A stretch of 64,000 nucleotides of DNA from Prorocentrum cordatum (GCA_963575745.1 CAUYUJ010000281.1:248001-312000), one strand, 5' to 3'. Shown: positions 28,835 to 42,210, numbered from the stretch's first letter. Numbers and translations: made by a program. The notes: a model not told the origin generated them from the letters alone.

Positions 28835-30340
28835 CGTCTCCGCTCGACAAACATAGGCGGCGGCCGACAAAAGACACGGATTCGGCAGCTTTTGCCGAAC
28901 GGGCCGGGTCAATTGAATATTCAAGTGATCTGTGACCTGGCCAATAACCGAACGCCTGTCCCCTTACACAGCCTAACACATGCCCGAATGGACATAACAA
29001 ATAACCGAACCAGAACACTAACACATAACCAAACACACACACAACGCACAACTTACAACATAAGCAAGCATCTAGCCGAACATGCAACTCACGGCGTACA
29101 GACGGGATGAACTAACCTCCAAGACATTACATCACATCAGATAACATACCCTAACACATACCCCCACGCATCACGCATAACCGAACATAATCAGCTACCT
29201 CACACACATCACATAGTCTAGCACATAATCTCACATATAGCACAACCATCTACGCAATAGCTTGCAGCATCTTCGATTGCATTGTGCTACTTTGCGGGGC
29301 TTCGAATGCGATTGCATTGGTTGGTTCTACCTTGCCTCGCTACGTGTTCGCAATCAGTTCCGATGTGCGTTGCCTGCATTGCACTGCGGCGTTTTGTACG
29401 GCTGGGCTGCCACATTCACCAAATCACGCCGAGCTTGGGCCAACGTAGAATATCAATGTAGCCGCCACTTTGTGGCTCAAGCTGGGACTTCTGGCAGCAC
29501 GGCTGCCGCTCGGGAGCCACGGGCACACCTCCAGAGGCGAGCGTCCTCGCCATGGCACGCCGGCTGTTCCCTGCCCCGGCCCCGACCATCCGAGAAGGCT
29601 TGCGCCAGGAAGGCAGCTCGAGAACGCCCTTCTGGCGTGCGACGCGGGGAAGAGGTGCAAATTCAAAGCTGCTTCCGTGACAGACTGCACCATCGGCATG
29701 GCGCAGGCAGTCAAGATGCTCTGGATGGTCCCAACGAGTTCCGCGTCTCGGAGGCGGTGCTTTTTTTTTGGGGGGGGGGGGCGGCGCACTCCGAGGCGGA
29801 CGTGATCACGAAGGCTCTCGAGCTTCTGACGCACCTCCCCTGGGACACGAGCGATGAAATCAAGGAGAATGCCGACCCGACTACAGTCAGCCCGTGTCAA
29901 AAGGATGCGCGGTGAGGAGGCATGGGCCTCAGAGGCCTATGTGAACGCTTCTCGAACGAGGCTGGCCAGCGAAAGTGGCCAAGGATGGGCCGAAGGGGCA
30001 AGGATGCAGGGGTACCCTTGGGAGGGTAGCCCATCCTTCTTATGCGGGCTGGCTGTACCAACAGAACAGCTGAGAATGTTCGGACTGGAGAAACATCACT
30101 GCACCGACCTTGCAGACGTGCTGCAGCGGATTTTTGCGTGGACCTCTCAATGCAAAACCCCGAAATGGCGAGCGAAAAACGAAGTGAATTCCACGTGGAT
30201 TTTGTTAGGCTTCATTCCTGGCCAGACAAAGAATCCGCGAGGAGTTCACGTCGAAATCCGGAGCGACATCCTCCAGGACACTCCGGGCACATCCTGTCGC
30301 TTTTTGAACGAGATCCGCTCTGCGATGCTGGCGCCATGAA
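28835..30340 (+). mobile_element. truncated arm of an element related to the 51791-60123 transposon
   Basis: ccgctcgacaaa...attcggcagcttttgccgaacgggccgggtcaattgaatattcaagtgatc matches the reverse complement of 60020-60115. Followed by cataac/cctaac subterminal repeats and TTGC-rich repeats. Right boundary uncertain. Confidence 0.7.
29458..29481 (+). other. spliced-leader-like motif
   Basis: gtagccgccactttgtggctcaag vs SL GTAGCCATTTTGGCTCAAG; ATG at ~29552. Confidence 0.5.
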
Positions 30341-30545
30341 AGAAACACGGCAGAACATAAAACAGCAGCGCGGACCAATCCTGCGCCGCAGAAGCAATAC
30401 GCGGATGGGGGCGGGGGCGCGCCGCTCTGACGACGTCTCCGGGGGAAAAGCGAGAGGGGAGCAGCCCTCCTCTGGGTGCACTTGGCCAACGAGGATCAGA
30501 CGGGAGGTCGTGGGGACTTCTGCTGGGTCTTGGAGCGGCTGTGTA

Positions 30546-30746
30546 GATCGGGTCGGGCGAAAGGGGGGGATAGCAAAGGGGGGGTTTGAGAAGCAGCTCA
30601 CGTAGCTGATTTTTTCGCGGCGCCTCCCGGCGCCGGAGGCGGCCAGTATCGAGGAATGGGCCCCTCGGTGAGGCCGAAACCAGCTGCATGCAGCAAATTT
30701 CGTAACCCCCCCTTTCCCAATCCCCCCCTTTCGCCCGGCCCGAATA
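30546..30746. mobile_element. MITE with long imperfect TIR
   Basis: tcgggtcgggcgaaaggggggga...aaagggggg / cccccctttcccaatccccccctttcgcccggcccga. Confidence 0.65.
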
Positions 30747-30759
30747 GAGACCTCCCAAA

Positions 30760-30940
30760 CGGGGTCGGAGTAATTAGATGGGGTCGGAGGATGGCACCGC
30801 ATCGCCGGTACATCGGAAATGCACCGGCGATGCATCGGCGACGTCGACGTGAAGCAAATCGAGCTCCACATCCAGCCGCACCGGCGATGCATCAGCGATG
30901 CGGCGCGACCCTGCGACCCCATGAAGTCGGACCCCATCTG
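30760..30940. mobile_element. palindromic GATGCATCGGC-rich MITE (same family as 47926-48170)
   Basis: agatggggtcggagg ... gatgcatcggcga ... ggaccccatct. Confidence 0.7.
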
Positions 30941-30989
30941 GGAGGCCTGGAGACTGGGAGGGAGGCATCGTAGAGACGGCTCGAGGCAG

Positions 30990-31442
30990 CGAAGGAGGAG
31001 GAGGAGGAGGAGGAGGAGGAGGAGGAGGAGGAGGGAGGAGGAGGAGGGAGGAGGAGAGGAGGAGGAAGGAGGAGGAGAGGGAGGAGGATGAGAGGGGGGG
31101 GGGGGGGGAGGGAGGAGGAGGGGAGGAGGAGGAGGAGGAGGAGGAGGAGGAAGGAGGAGGAGGAGGATGAGGAGGAGGAGAGGAGGAGGAGGAGGAGGAG
31201 GAGGATGAGGAGGAGGGGGAGGAGGAGGAGGGGGAGGAGGAGGCGGGGAGGGAGAGCGGAGGAGGAAGTAGGAGAGGAGGAGGAGGAGGAGAGGAGGAGT
31301 GAGGAGGAGGAGAGGAGGAGGAAGGAGGAGGAGGAGGGAGGAGGAGAGGAGGAGGAGGAGGAGGAGGAGGAGGAGGAGGAGAGGAGGAGGAGGAGGGGAG
31401 GGAGGAGGAAGAGGAGGAGGGGGAGGGGGGAGGAGGTGGAGG
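30990..31442. repeat. (GAG)n microsatellite
   Basis: Direct inspection. Confidence 0.9.
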
Positions 31443-31613
31443 AGACCCCTCGTGCCTCGTGGATCGAGGGCCCGGGTCTTGCCAGCTGCCGCTGCGGCTC
31501 GGCCCTCCGCGCTCGGCCTCTCCGCGCCCGGCCGCGGCGGCGAGCAGGGCCCCCGCGGGCCACCGGACCGGCGACGGCGACGACCACGGCGGCGACGAAG
31601 GTGGCGGCTGGCG

Positions 31614-31815
31614 TTAAGTCGGGCCTGTCCCCCCACAGAAGGATTTTCTACGAAAAATGAGAGAAAAAAAAAAGCCCCAAGAATAAAAAAAAATAGTCCC
31701 AAAAAATAGTCCAGGGACTCTTTTGTGACTATTGTTTGACCGTTTGGGGGGCATTTTTGGGGTATCTTTTATCTTTCGTCGAAGATGCCCCTGTAGGGGG
31801 ACGCGCCCGACTTAA
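31614..31815. mobile_element. hAT-type MITE, termini TTAAGTCGGGC...GCCCGACTTAA, 8-bp TSD GGCTGGCG
   Basis: GGCTGGCG at 31606-31613 and 31816-31823; ~35-bp imperfect TIR. Confidence 0.85.
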
Positions 31816-34544
31816 GGCTGGCGACGGCGGCGGCAACGACGACGCCGCCCCGCGGGGAGTCCCTCGTGGTGTAGTCCGGGTGGCAGATGCGCTCCGCCGC
31901 GCGGCGTGCGCGCAGCCAGTCCGTCTTGCGGCCGGCGGACGGCGACGACGGCGGGGCGGCCGCTGCGGCGAGGAGGGCCGACGACAGCGACGCTGATTTT
32001 GGCCTGGGGTTAGAGGGCAGAAAATCCCCCCCTGTAATAATCACCCGGACACGCGAAGCCGTTTCGTAAACGCGCACACACACTTAAGGAATCGAACAGG
32101 GGGCATGGCTGTTCAGTAGACGCCTAGGGCCGTTCGGTAAAGGACAGTGATCGGATACGGATGGTTTTTCCTCTCTTGATGGGTGGCTCCGCTTGAGAAC
32201 GACGACAAGAAGCGGGTCTGACAGGTGGAGGCACAGCAACCTTGCGCCGTGGCTTGCGCGGGCCGCTGGCGTGGCACTGTGCGTGGAAGAGAGGTCGCCT
32301 ACGCAAGACCTGACGCAAGAAGATGGCGCGCCCATGTCCGCGCATTCGAGTCCCCGTTTTTCCCGCTTCGCTCAGTTGTCACCACGTCCAACGAGGTTCG
32401 AGAGACGGGTCGGGGTGGTGCCCAAGAGGGGTCTGCGGATCTCGCTGTTGAGCCGATTGTTGCTGTCATCCTCGTCGCGATTGCCGTTCTGGGCATCCTC
32501 GTGGGCACTCGCCACCGCGGCCGCACTTGCCTCGGGATTCTGGTCAGAACGCGCTCTGGTGTCAGGGGGTCGACATGGACGGGGAAGGGTCGTCGACAAC
32601 GTCGTCATTGGCGTCGGCCTGATCCTCCTCACCCGCCATGTTTACTCCTCCTGTTCTGCTCCTCCTCGTCCTCCTCCACATTCTCCTCTGGGGGCCGACG
32701 AAGGGCAGCGACGAGGGGGGAGTGGGCACGGAGGAGTCTAAGCAGAAGAGAGGAGGTGAAGGTGAAGGTGCGGGGACGATGATTCGGGGGATCGTCATGC
32801 AGAAGAGGATCTGGATGATCAGGAACACTGGGGCTCGATGGCCGCGAGCCTCTGAGAGTCGCGTCGTCGGCACATCCAGACTCCCCTCGGATTTCTTGCC
32901 TGAGCGCACCCCAGGAAGGGGTCGGGCGGGGGGGGGGGGGCATTTTTGAGGGCGTGCGATGCGGACGAGGAGGTAACCGGCGAAAAGGCCTGCTTTCCCA
33001 GCATCAGCTTGCCCAGCAGCAGCTCGTCCGACTCGCGCATGGTCAACGCCCTCCCGGACCCACCCTCTGCGGCGGAAGGGCGAGGAGGCGGCGGAGAGGA
33101 GCAGGAGCCGGGCAGAACGGGGAGGCGGATGAGGAGGAGGCGGGGAGGGCGGGGGCAACGAACAGGGGCACGGGGATGGGACGTGGAGGGGGAGGTGGAG
33201 GAGGGAGTGGAAAGGGGAATGTGGAGGGGGAGGGAGCGGGGAACGGGGAGGAGGACGTGCAGCAAAAGGGCGCGTGGCGCCCTCGTGTCTCCGGCCTGCG
33301 ACCGGGCCTCGCCTCGCGGGGCGTCGCAGAGTCGTCTTCGGGCCACTGGCGGGAGGGGGGCAGTCGATGAGGACAAGGCCGGAGGAGCCAGGAAGAGCTC
33401 GGGGAGGCAAGGGAGGCGGGGGGAGGAAGTGAGGCAGGAAGGAGGAAAGCAGGAGGAGGAGGAGAAGGAAGAGAACCAAAACGTGCCGCTGACGCTACCT
33501 CCCGCTGCAAATGCCACGTCACAAACCACCACAAGCCTTTTGCTCCTACCGCGGCGGCCGCCCGCTGGAGAGGTTAGGATTCCATGGGGCGGCCCGCACG
33601 GTGGGAGTCCTGTGTGGCTTGCGATGTGCGCCAAAAGATAGATTGAGGTACGACCGCGCAGCGTTGCGAGGTCAGCGGGAGGCTATAGATGCGAGGACAT
33701 CGTCCTGCATACGCGCAGCTTGTGGACACTGTAAAGGGAAATGCGCGCGGAGTCGGACCGAGGAAGATTTCGAAGAGACACCGCCCTGTCCGTACACGTC
33801 GTTCATGTCTAATCGTGCTCATTTCAAATTGTGCTCAATTCTAATTGCTCCTGGCCCCCTGGTAGCCAGGAAGAGGCCCAGGAAAGAACAATTAGAAATG
33901 AAAGGATCTTGGCCCCCCAAAAATCAAAGAACGTTCCTTGATGTGGCCCGCGAGAGCCAGACTTTGAAGATGGGGACGCACACAATATGTGCAACCTTTG
34001 GCTCAACCTTCGTAGGGCTGAATAACTATCAGACGAACGCCTCATTGAAAAAAATTGAACCGTTTTCATCCGTGTAGCTGCTGGAAGGCTTTTCTATAGC
34101 AGCGCGCGCGGGGCTGAGGCGAAAACCGCATTTCAAGAACAAACCGCCCGCCATCCGTGCAATTGGTGAGAACGATTGGGATACATAAGCATGGCGCTGG
34201 GGCGAAGGCAAGCCTGCGACTGCGAAACAAAAGCAACATCGGCCCACGAAGCCGGGATGGGATATAGAAATGTGAAGCACGGCGTCGTTTCCAAGACGTG
34301 GCACTTCGGCGACGGGCAATTACAGCGCTCAAGGCAACAATCGTGATGTGCCGTGCCCCAGGCTGTGATGCACTGTGCCGTGCTGTGCTGTCCTGTGCTG
34401 AATCCAATGTGTCGCGCCGCGATGAACCGTGCCGCGCGCTACTGCATTGTGGATCAAGCTCCTTGACGTCAGGATCCTGGGCGCGTCGCTCGAGACATCC
34501 CCAACAAATCCTCATGCTGAAGATCCGCCTGGGCGACGCGGAAA

Positions 34545-36140
34545 AAGAGTGGAACACACGTTGGTCCCTTGCGCGCCGGGGCGGAGCAATTGTGGAAGCA
34601 CGCGGGCCCCTTTCGCGCCAGAGCGGAACACAATGCAAACACGTAGGTCCCTTGCGCGCCAGAGCAGAACAATTGTGGAAGCACGTGGGCCCCTTTCGCG
34701 CCAGAGCGGGACACAATGAAACTCGTTTTCGCCCCAGCGCGGGATACGTGTGAAAACACGTGGGTCCCAGAGCGCAACACACGCACAATTACGTGGATCC
34801 CTGCTCGCCCCAGCGCGGACCAACCGTGAAAGTACGCTGGTCCCTTTCGCCCCAGGGCGGCGGAACACGGTGAGGAGATCCCAGGGCTCAGAATCCTCGC
34901 AGCTGTCGCGTTCTGGGGAAGGCACAACACACGGAATGATGTCCAGAAGCTGGGGGTCCTCGCAAGAGCTGCGCCCTGGAGGGAAGCGACACACGCGCGA
35001 GGAGGCCGAGAGGCTCAGCATCCTCGCAGCTGTGGCGTTCTGGGGAGGGAGCCAACACGCAGGATGGTGTCGAGATGTCCCGAGAAGCTCGGAATCCTCG
35101 CAGCTGTCGCGTCCTGGAGGGTGCGGAGCACACGAGAGGAGGTCCAGAAACTCAGGATCCTCGTAACTGTTGCGGTCTGACGGGGGGGAAGGGTGCCAAC
35201 ACGCCCGGAGGAGGTCCTGAGGCTCATAGTCCTAGCAACTGTCGCTTTCTGGAGGCGGCGGAGCACACGGGCGGAGGCCCAGAGGCTCGGAACCTGTCGC
35301 AACTGTCGCATCCTGGGTGGGCGCCACGTGGGCCCCTGCACCCCAGAGCGCAGCAAGCGCGAAAGCACGCGGGCTCCGCTCGCCCCGGGAGCGCAGCAGG
35401 CTCGCCCCGGAGCGGACCACCCGGGAAGACACGTGGGTCCTCTTCGCCCCAGGGCGGGACGAGCGCGACAGCACGGGGCCCCTTCTCGCCCCGGGGCGCA
35501 GCAGGCGCGGAAGTGCACGGGCCCCTCCATCTCCAGAGCGGAGCAGGCGTGAAAGCGCGTGGGGGCCTGTCGGCCCAGAGTGCACACGAGCGTGAGCTCG
35601 CGTGGGCCCCCATCCAGGGAAGCCCCAGGCGGCCTCCCCAGGCCCTGCAGACGGAACGTGCCAGGTGATTCTGCATCCAGTGCCCGTGCGTGGAGTCTGC
35701 TCTGCTTCCGCGCCCTGCCTCACAGTTGGGAGGTAGAGGCCGCCCCTGGGTGGCCAGGCTGCGTGACAACACGTGGGTCCCTCTGGGCCCAAAGTGGAGC
35801 ATTAGCGTGAGACTCGCGTGGGTCACCTTCGCTCCAGGCGCAGCAGGCGTGAGCACACGTGGGCCCTCTTCGCCCCAGAGCGCAGTAAACACGAAAACAC
35901 GGGGGCCCCTTTCGCCCCAGAGCGCAGCAAGCGTGAAACCACGTGGAACCTTTCCGTCCCAAAGCGGAGCGAGCGCACGGGAGTGTTCTTCACGCTTGCC
36001 CCGCCCTGGGGCGAAAGGGACCCACGTGTGTTCATTCTTGCTCTGCTCTGAGGCGAATGGGACCCACGTGGTTTCACGCTTGCCGCGCCCTGAGGAGAAA
36101 GGGGCCCATGTGTTTTCACGCTTGTTCCGCCCTGAAGCGA
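34545..36140. repeat. mosaic minisatellite: ~40-bp unit (GAAGCACGTGGGCCCCTTTCGCGCCAGAGCG..) interrupted by a ~60-bp unit array (ATCCTCGCAGCTGTCGCGTTCTGG..) at ~34870-35320
   Basis: Recurrent units visible by eye. Confidence 0.8.
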
Positions 36141-37124
36141 AAAGGAATTGGGCGAAAGGGACGGCCTCGCCACTTCTCCAAAACAAGCGCTTCACTCGAG
36201 ACATCCTCAAGGTTTCTGCTCGCAGGACGCGCCATCCTCGTGCGGGAACGCAAAACATCGACATGTCCATATGTGTTGGAAAATATTAATTATGGTCTCC
36301 AGACCAAATTATTAATCGCGGAGTCCGCGGAAAACGATCCGCACCCGTTTTTTCACGAACGGGAAAGGAAGGTCAGCGGACCTCGTTATTGATCGAAGAT
36401 CCGACATGGGGCGTCCGCTTTCCTCGAGCGGGGACGCGCGAAACGCATTAGTTCCGCGCAACATGCGGCTTTACCTTGTCACATATGTAATGGAATTCCG
36501 CCGGCCACCCCCCAACATGGCACCCGGGACACATGTACAAACTAAAAGAAAGCCCTGGGCCCCGCCCCGCCCTTTCCGGGAACTGGCCGCACGCCATCCG
36601 AGAAGCCACTGGACTGTTTCGAGACGGACGTGTCCTGTGCCACAGCGAGGGCCGCATCTCGAAAGTCAGCCACCCTCAACCCGCGCAGATGCCACACACT
36701 TCTGGGGCGGATGCTCGCGGCGCTCAGCGAGAGCCACACCGTCATCTGGTGAGCAGGCAGGCCATCGAAGAGACGCATCGGGCCGATGCCCGAGTCGGCA
36801 AGCGTCCTGTCTTCCATCTGCCCCTGCCGCCTGACGCTGCCCTTCCCCTCCTCCTCCTCCCCCCCTCTCTCCCTCTCCCCCTCTCGTCCTCTCAACCCCT
36901 CCCCGGGCTTTTTGCCACCCTGCCCCTCCAGCTCCTCGTCCCCCCTCCCCCTCGTCGCCCCCCCTCCCCCCCCCCCCCCCCCGCGGTCTTCGGCGGGGCG
37001 ACGCGCGCGCTGTCTGTGGTGATCATCTTGCCCACCCCGCGGGAGTCGTAGGTGTCCACCCTGCCCACGCTCGCGTCTTCGCAATCCTGCGCGTTGAGCA
37101 GGGACCGACCGACCCGGCATTTCT

Positions 37125-37298
37125 ATAGGCCTACCACGAGATGTTCTTAGAACCCGGAAATGTCCCAAGAACAAAAGAACAGGGTTCTTAGAACAGAGAC
37201 CCGAGGTGCTAAACCGAGGCGGCCCCAGCCAGGAGTGCTCTAAGAACATGTTGTGGACACCACAAGAGGTTCTTAGAATATTCTATTGGTAGGCCCAT
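37125..37298. mobile_element. MITE-like element with internal TTCTTAGAA repeats
   Basis: ataggcctacca ... tggtaggcccat inverted ends. Confidence 0.5.
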
Positions 37299-38204
37299 CG
37301 GCGACCAATCGAATGTTCTAAGAGGAGGAGGCGGAGGAGGAGGGCAGCGGAGGAGAAAGGAGGTGGAGACACGAGGAGGAGGAGGAGGAGGAGGAGGAGG
37401 AGGGGGAGGAGGAGATGAGGAATGTAGGATGAGGAGAAGAAAGGATGAGGAGGAGGAGGTAGACCCAGGAACGCTCCGCCACTGCTTGAGCGCGGGCGCG
37501 AGGGCGGCGGAGAGGGCCCCGGCGCCGTCGGAGGCCCGCGGAGTGCCGGCGGGGTGCCGTTCTGGGAGGGGGGGGGCCGTCGGAGGCGGTCGGAGGCCGT
37601 CCAGTCCCTGCGCCCGCGCCGCCGAAGGATGCCGCCAGGCAGGCACCTCGAGGACCCTCGAGATTGGCAGAGGAGGGGGTGGGGGAGACGACGACGAGGA
37701 GGAGGAGGAGAAGGAGAATGAGGAGCAGGGGGAGGAGGAGGAAGGCGGTGAGAAGGAGGAGGGAGGATGGAAGTAGGAGGTACGAAGAGGACGGGGGTAG
37801 GTGGAGGGATGGGAGATGAGGAGAGGAGAACGACGAAAAGAGGAGGAAGAGAGGAGTGGAGTTCGAGGGACGATAGGGAGGAGAGAGGAGACAGAGGGAG
37901 AAGGATGAGGAGGAGGACGAGGAGGAGGTGGAGGAGGCAGAGGAGGGGGGAGGGAGGAAGGAGGAGACAGTAGACAGGAGACAGGAGGGAGGAGGAGGAG
38001 GAGGAGGAGGAGGAGGAGGAGGAGGAGGAGGAGGAGGAGAAGGACGAAGAGCTGGAGTGGGAGGGAGGAGGGAGGAGGGAGGAGGGAGGAGACAGGAGGG
38101 AGGAGGAGGAGGAGGAGGAGGAAGAGGAGGAGGAGTAGTAGGAGGATGAGGAGGAGGTTTTTCCCCCGGAGGCCCTCGAGGCAGAACTGAGAAAAAAACC
38201 CTGC

Positions 38205-39550
38205 CTACCCCGAACGACGGGAGGCAGCTGCAGCTTCTTCCCGCGCACGAACGCAAGCCGCCAAAGCCTCCATGCCAGGAGTTGACACGAGGCGCAGGCG
38301 GGAGGCCGTCTGTCTACCACCTTGTGTGGCCGCGACCTCCATGACAACATCAGCGGAGCGACGGCAAGGGTCCGTGACACGATTATCATTGTAAAAGTGC
38401 GGGTGGAGCCCCTGCTTGATTCGGGAGAGGGTCTGGGATCTCGTGCCCAGCTTCCCACAGCACCGCGTCGCCAGCAAAACACACCTCTTCAAAGAGTAGG
38501 CCCCACACCTATAGCAAAACACTAAAGGTTCCTGGGCTTCATTGTCAATCATCGAGCAAGCTAGGAGGTGCCCCCGTTCCTCGGCATCCTTCAGATTCCG
38601 AAAAGCAGTGGGGACCCCTTTGCACCCTACCATCGATCTATCCTGATCCCAGGTGATCGAGAAACACTTGGTGCACCTCCATGCTACCCCCGAGTCGATC
38701 TCGCACCAGTCGTGCCAACTCGGATCTCTGACAGCCGCCGTCGTCCGAGGGCCTCTGGCAGAGCGACGGAACTCCATCTTGGGGTAGCAGGAGAGCACCG
38801 CATCAAACATTCGAACTAAAACTTTCACACGCTTCACGCACACATCAAGAGCCTCGAGGTCTTCAGTCGGGGCCCCTGGGTGAAGTGTCAGTGCGTGCTT
38901 GGCTAACCTATCAGCATCAGCATTTCCCAGTGCAATGCGACGCTCCAAAATCGGTAAAGCCACAATAACCTCCTCAGACCTGTGGGCAGGGGTGTAGGAG
39001 GCAGGTCCCAGACGGCCCTGAGGGTCGTGTTCCATGGCAAGCCTCCTAAGGCCAGCAAACATCTGCTTTGGGCACAGCTGTTCCCGACGACTCGCATTAT
39101 GCAGCTTAACGGCACCAGAGCAGTCACTGTGAGGTGTGGCAGGGTGATCTATGACACAGCTGAGCGTGGCTATACCAAGATGCTCCGCCGACTGCGGGGT
39201 CTGGAAAAGGGTGGGCCATACTGTGCCCATCATCCGTGCCTGAATCTTGTATTCGGGGCCAGGTGCTAGGAACACAGCCCCGAACGCCGCGCGTTGGAGC
39301 TCCTTAAACACCTGCTGAGTTGCTGAGCCGTCAACCACGGGCTCACACCCACGGGTCAGCTCAAGAAAATCTTCAAAACTGATTTCCTGGCCCTCGGAAT
39401 CCTGAAAGGTCGGGTCGAGGTTCCAGGACGGACCAGGGACCACAGGCTGAGGCACAATGAGCCTCGTCCAGAACAAAAGCTCCTGGGGCTCGGCAGCTTT
39501 CACCTGATCAATCAACTCCTGACTGACATACTCGAGCCTCTGTTCAACAA
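38205..39550 (-). CDS. LINE ORF2 C-terminal part: RNase H and Cys-rich zinc-finger region
   Basis: VVDGSA...QSAEHLG...HSDCSGAV...TPAH...GNADADRLAK (RNase H D-E-D-D); WRCTKC, FCYRCG. Confidence 0.85.
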
Positions 39551-39834
39551 AGGACCAAAAAAAAAAGATCACTTCAAAAATAAAAATAAAAATCAACCCA
39601 CAATAACAAAACAACACACAAAACGAAAAAACAAACACAAAAAAAACAAAAAAACACACAAAAAAACCAAATCAATTTCACACAAAAAAAACAAATCAAA
39701 AAAACATAAACAAACAAAAAGCAAACAAGAAAATACAAACTTACAAGGACACAAGAAAAAATAATTCAAAAAAAAAAAAAACACAAAAAAAACGAAAAAC
39801 AAAAAAAAGAAAAAAAAAAAACAAAAAATCACAA

Positions 39835-42210
39835 ACAGCCACACTCGGACAGAGCCATTGCCGATGGAACAGGGAGTCGGGTTCCCCACACAAAGGACAG
39901 CCCCCCCCGTGGTCATACCCGCACGCTCTCAGCCGATCTCCCGTCCAACAGGCACCTGAAAACACAGCCGAAAGCCAATATTTTTGTCTGGCCGTGGTCT
40001 TACGTGAGCGAAATAACTTAGCGACAGGGTCTGGGCAGACTCTGACATCATTGAAATCATCTAAATCGGTGGCCATCTTGCGCTCAAGGGCTCTCTGCAC
40101 ACCAGCCTCGAGCTGCTTGGCCACTAACGCTGGGGAGGTGTACATTAAATCAACCACGCGATCGCGGTCATCTCTCCACAGCGCAAAATTATCTGCACGC
40201 CACCCGATACGATGGAGGGAGAGGAGCATTCTGTGCACTGGACCTTTAGACTTACGCCAGACAGTGGGGCCTAACTCAGGAGAGGAACTCGATATTGTAC
40301 GCCGTATCCGAATGTGATCCCGAAAAGAGAAGTGGGACACCGTGGGCTCCGTGAGGCTCTGCCAGAGGCTGTTCGACCACTGAAGTGCTGGGGCAACCGC
40401 CTGACGCCACGCAGGGTCTCCATGAAGCACACACTTCGCTGTCAAACTTGCTCCCCGATGGGCAGGAGACTTGCCTGACATAAGCACTGAACGTAAAGAG
40501 GCCAACTCATGATCAGAAGCTCCTAGGACCATGCTGCCGAAACCTGCTGCTGGCCGTACTCCTGCAACATATATCTTGTTAATACGCGTACGGTCCCTGG
40601 GAAGCTTCTTCTTATAGTGCTGGAGTAGTCGGCTACGAATTCGCATATCGTGAAACCGTTGCCGCCGCCGAGCTCTAGCCTTCTTAGCCGATAACCCCTG
40701 ACCAGGTGCTAGGTCCACACCCAGCGACACCGTGGAGTTCGTGGCCGAAGAAGGGCATATTGGCTGAAGTCGCCTGCGCAGCTTGGAAGCTATCCTGCTG
40801 GACGACGAAAAAGATACCGCTTTGTCTTCAGCTAGCCGCACACCTAAACGCGTCTGAAAAAACCCACTTCAAATCTTTCGCAGCCTTGACCAAATCATGC
40901 ATAATAACACTTTCAGGACCATGGGCCGAAACCGTGTCATCGTCGACGTACGATCCCAGACTAACCCCAGGATTCCGGCTAGACCAGAGATCAAACTCGA
41001 ACATCGCGTAAACCTTCACGAAAACATCATTGAAAATGTCCCCTGCTGGTAAACCGTTTTGCGCAAACTGAATAAGCGGGCAGTGATGAGCTCCCAGACG
41101 GAGTACTCTCGGGGACCTCCAGAGGTTGTACAGGACTTTTATGAGAACCGTTGGTATACGCCAGTACATGGCCCGATCCCTCAGCCACAGGAGCCGAAAA
41201 GACTCGTAGTACTTCATACCGTCCCAAATGAAACCTGCCGTGTAATCGCCCTTTTCGGAGGTCTCCTCGGCTCTCACACTTTGTTGCCATATCGATACCT
41301 CTGCAGACTGCCCCGCACCAAAAGCCCAGCAAGGCCGTTGGGCCCGATCCAGGAAGGCATCAGCCTGAGGTCTCCGAAGTCGCTCCCAAACTCGAACAAA
41401 CGATCCCAGAAGAAGAATCGGCCTGAGACCTCCTTTGGGCTTCTCCAGTAAAGGCAGCAGCATCCACAGTAGCTGCGCGGGGAAAAGGCCCAGCCGCTCC
41501 ACGGCCTCGTAGAGCACGGCCAGGCACGTGAGGCCCTCGTCGGAGAGGGCACCAACATGCCGCGGGTGAAATCCATCTAAGCTCTGGGCGGTGTGGCGGC
41601 TGAAGCTCAGAGACGCTTTCCGAAGTTCATCAACGCTGGCCCGAGGGAAACATTGACGATCAGGAATCCAGGCTTCGGGTGGCTTCAAGTCCGCTCCCCA
41701 GAATCTTCCCAAAGTCTGAGCTTCATCCTCCAGAAGGGCATGTGGATCCGCAGTAAATACTCCAGGCGCACTCTGGATAACTGTCGGCTGCCAAACCTTT
41801 TTCAGCTTCGTAAAACGATGCATTATCCGAGCTGAGCCAGCGAGGGCCCGTTCCTGCCAGAGGTCCCACGACTCCCGCTGTATACGATCCCCATCCACCC
41901 CAGCTTGCTCATAATCCTCACGAACATCCTCTAACAACTGCTGAGCTAGCTCAAGCCACCCCTGCCGATGGAAGTTGCTGTGGTGTTGCCAGCTCCTCGC
42001 CAGAGTGCGCATGGCACGGAGGGAGGCATCCAGGCGCACAGACAGGCCTTCGCCAGGGCAGGAGTCCTGGAGCGATACCTGAAGCTGGATGCAACACTGG
42101 ACGGCGTCCTCAGTCGCATCTTGCACCGTCAGGGTAAATTCTTGAAAAGACTGGTACAGCCACCTCCAACCAGCAGCGATCTGGAGCTTATCCTCAGGAT
42201 CCTTCGGGCG
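39835..42210 (-). CDS. LINE ORF2 reverse transcriptase (frameshift near 40840)
   Basis: SLDGFHP, LLEKPKGGLRPILL, IWDGMKYYESF, NGLPAGD, SYVDDDT, SLGVDL, CPLCGEPDSLFHRQWLC. Confidence 0.9.
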
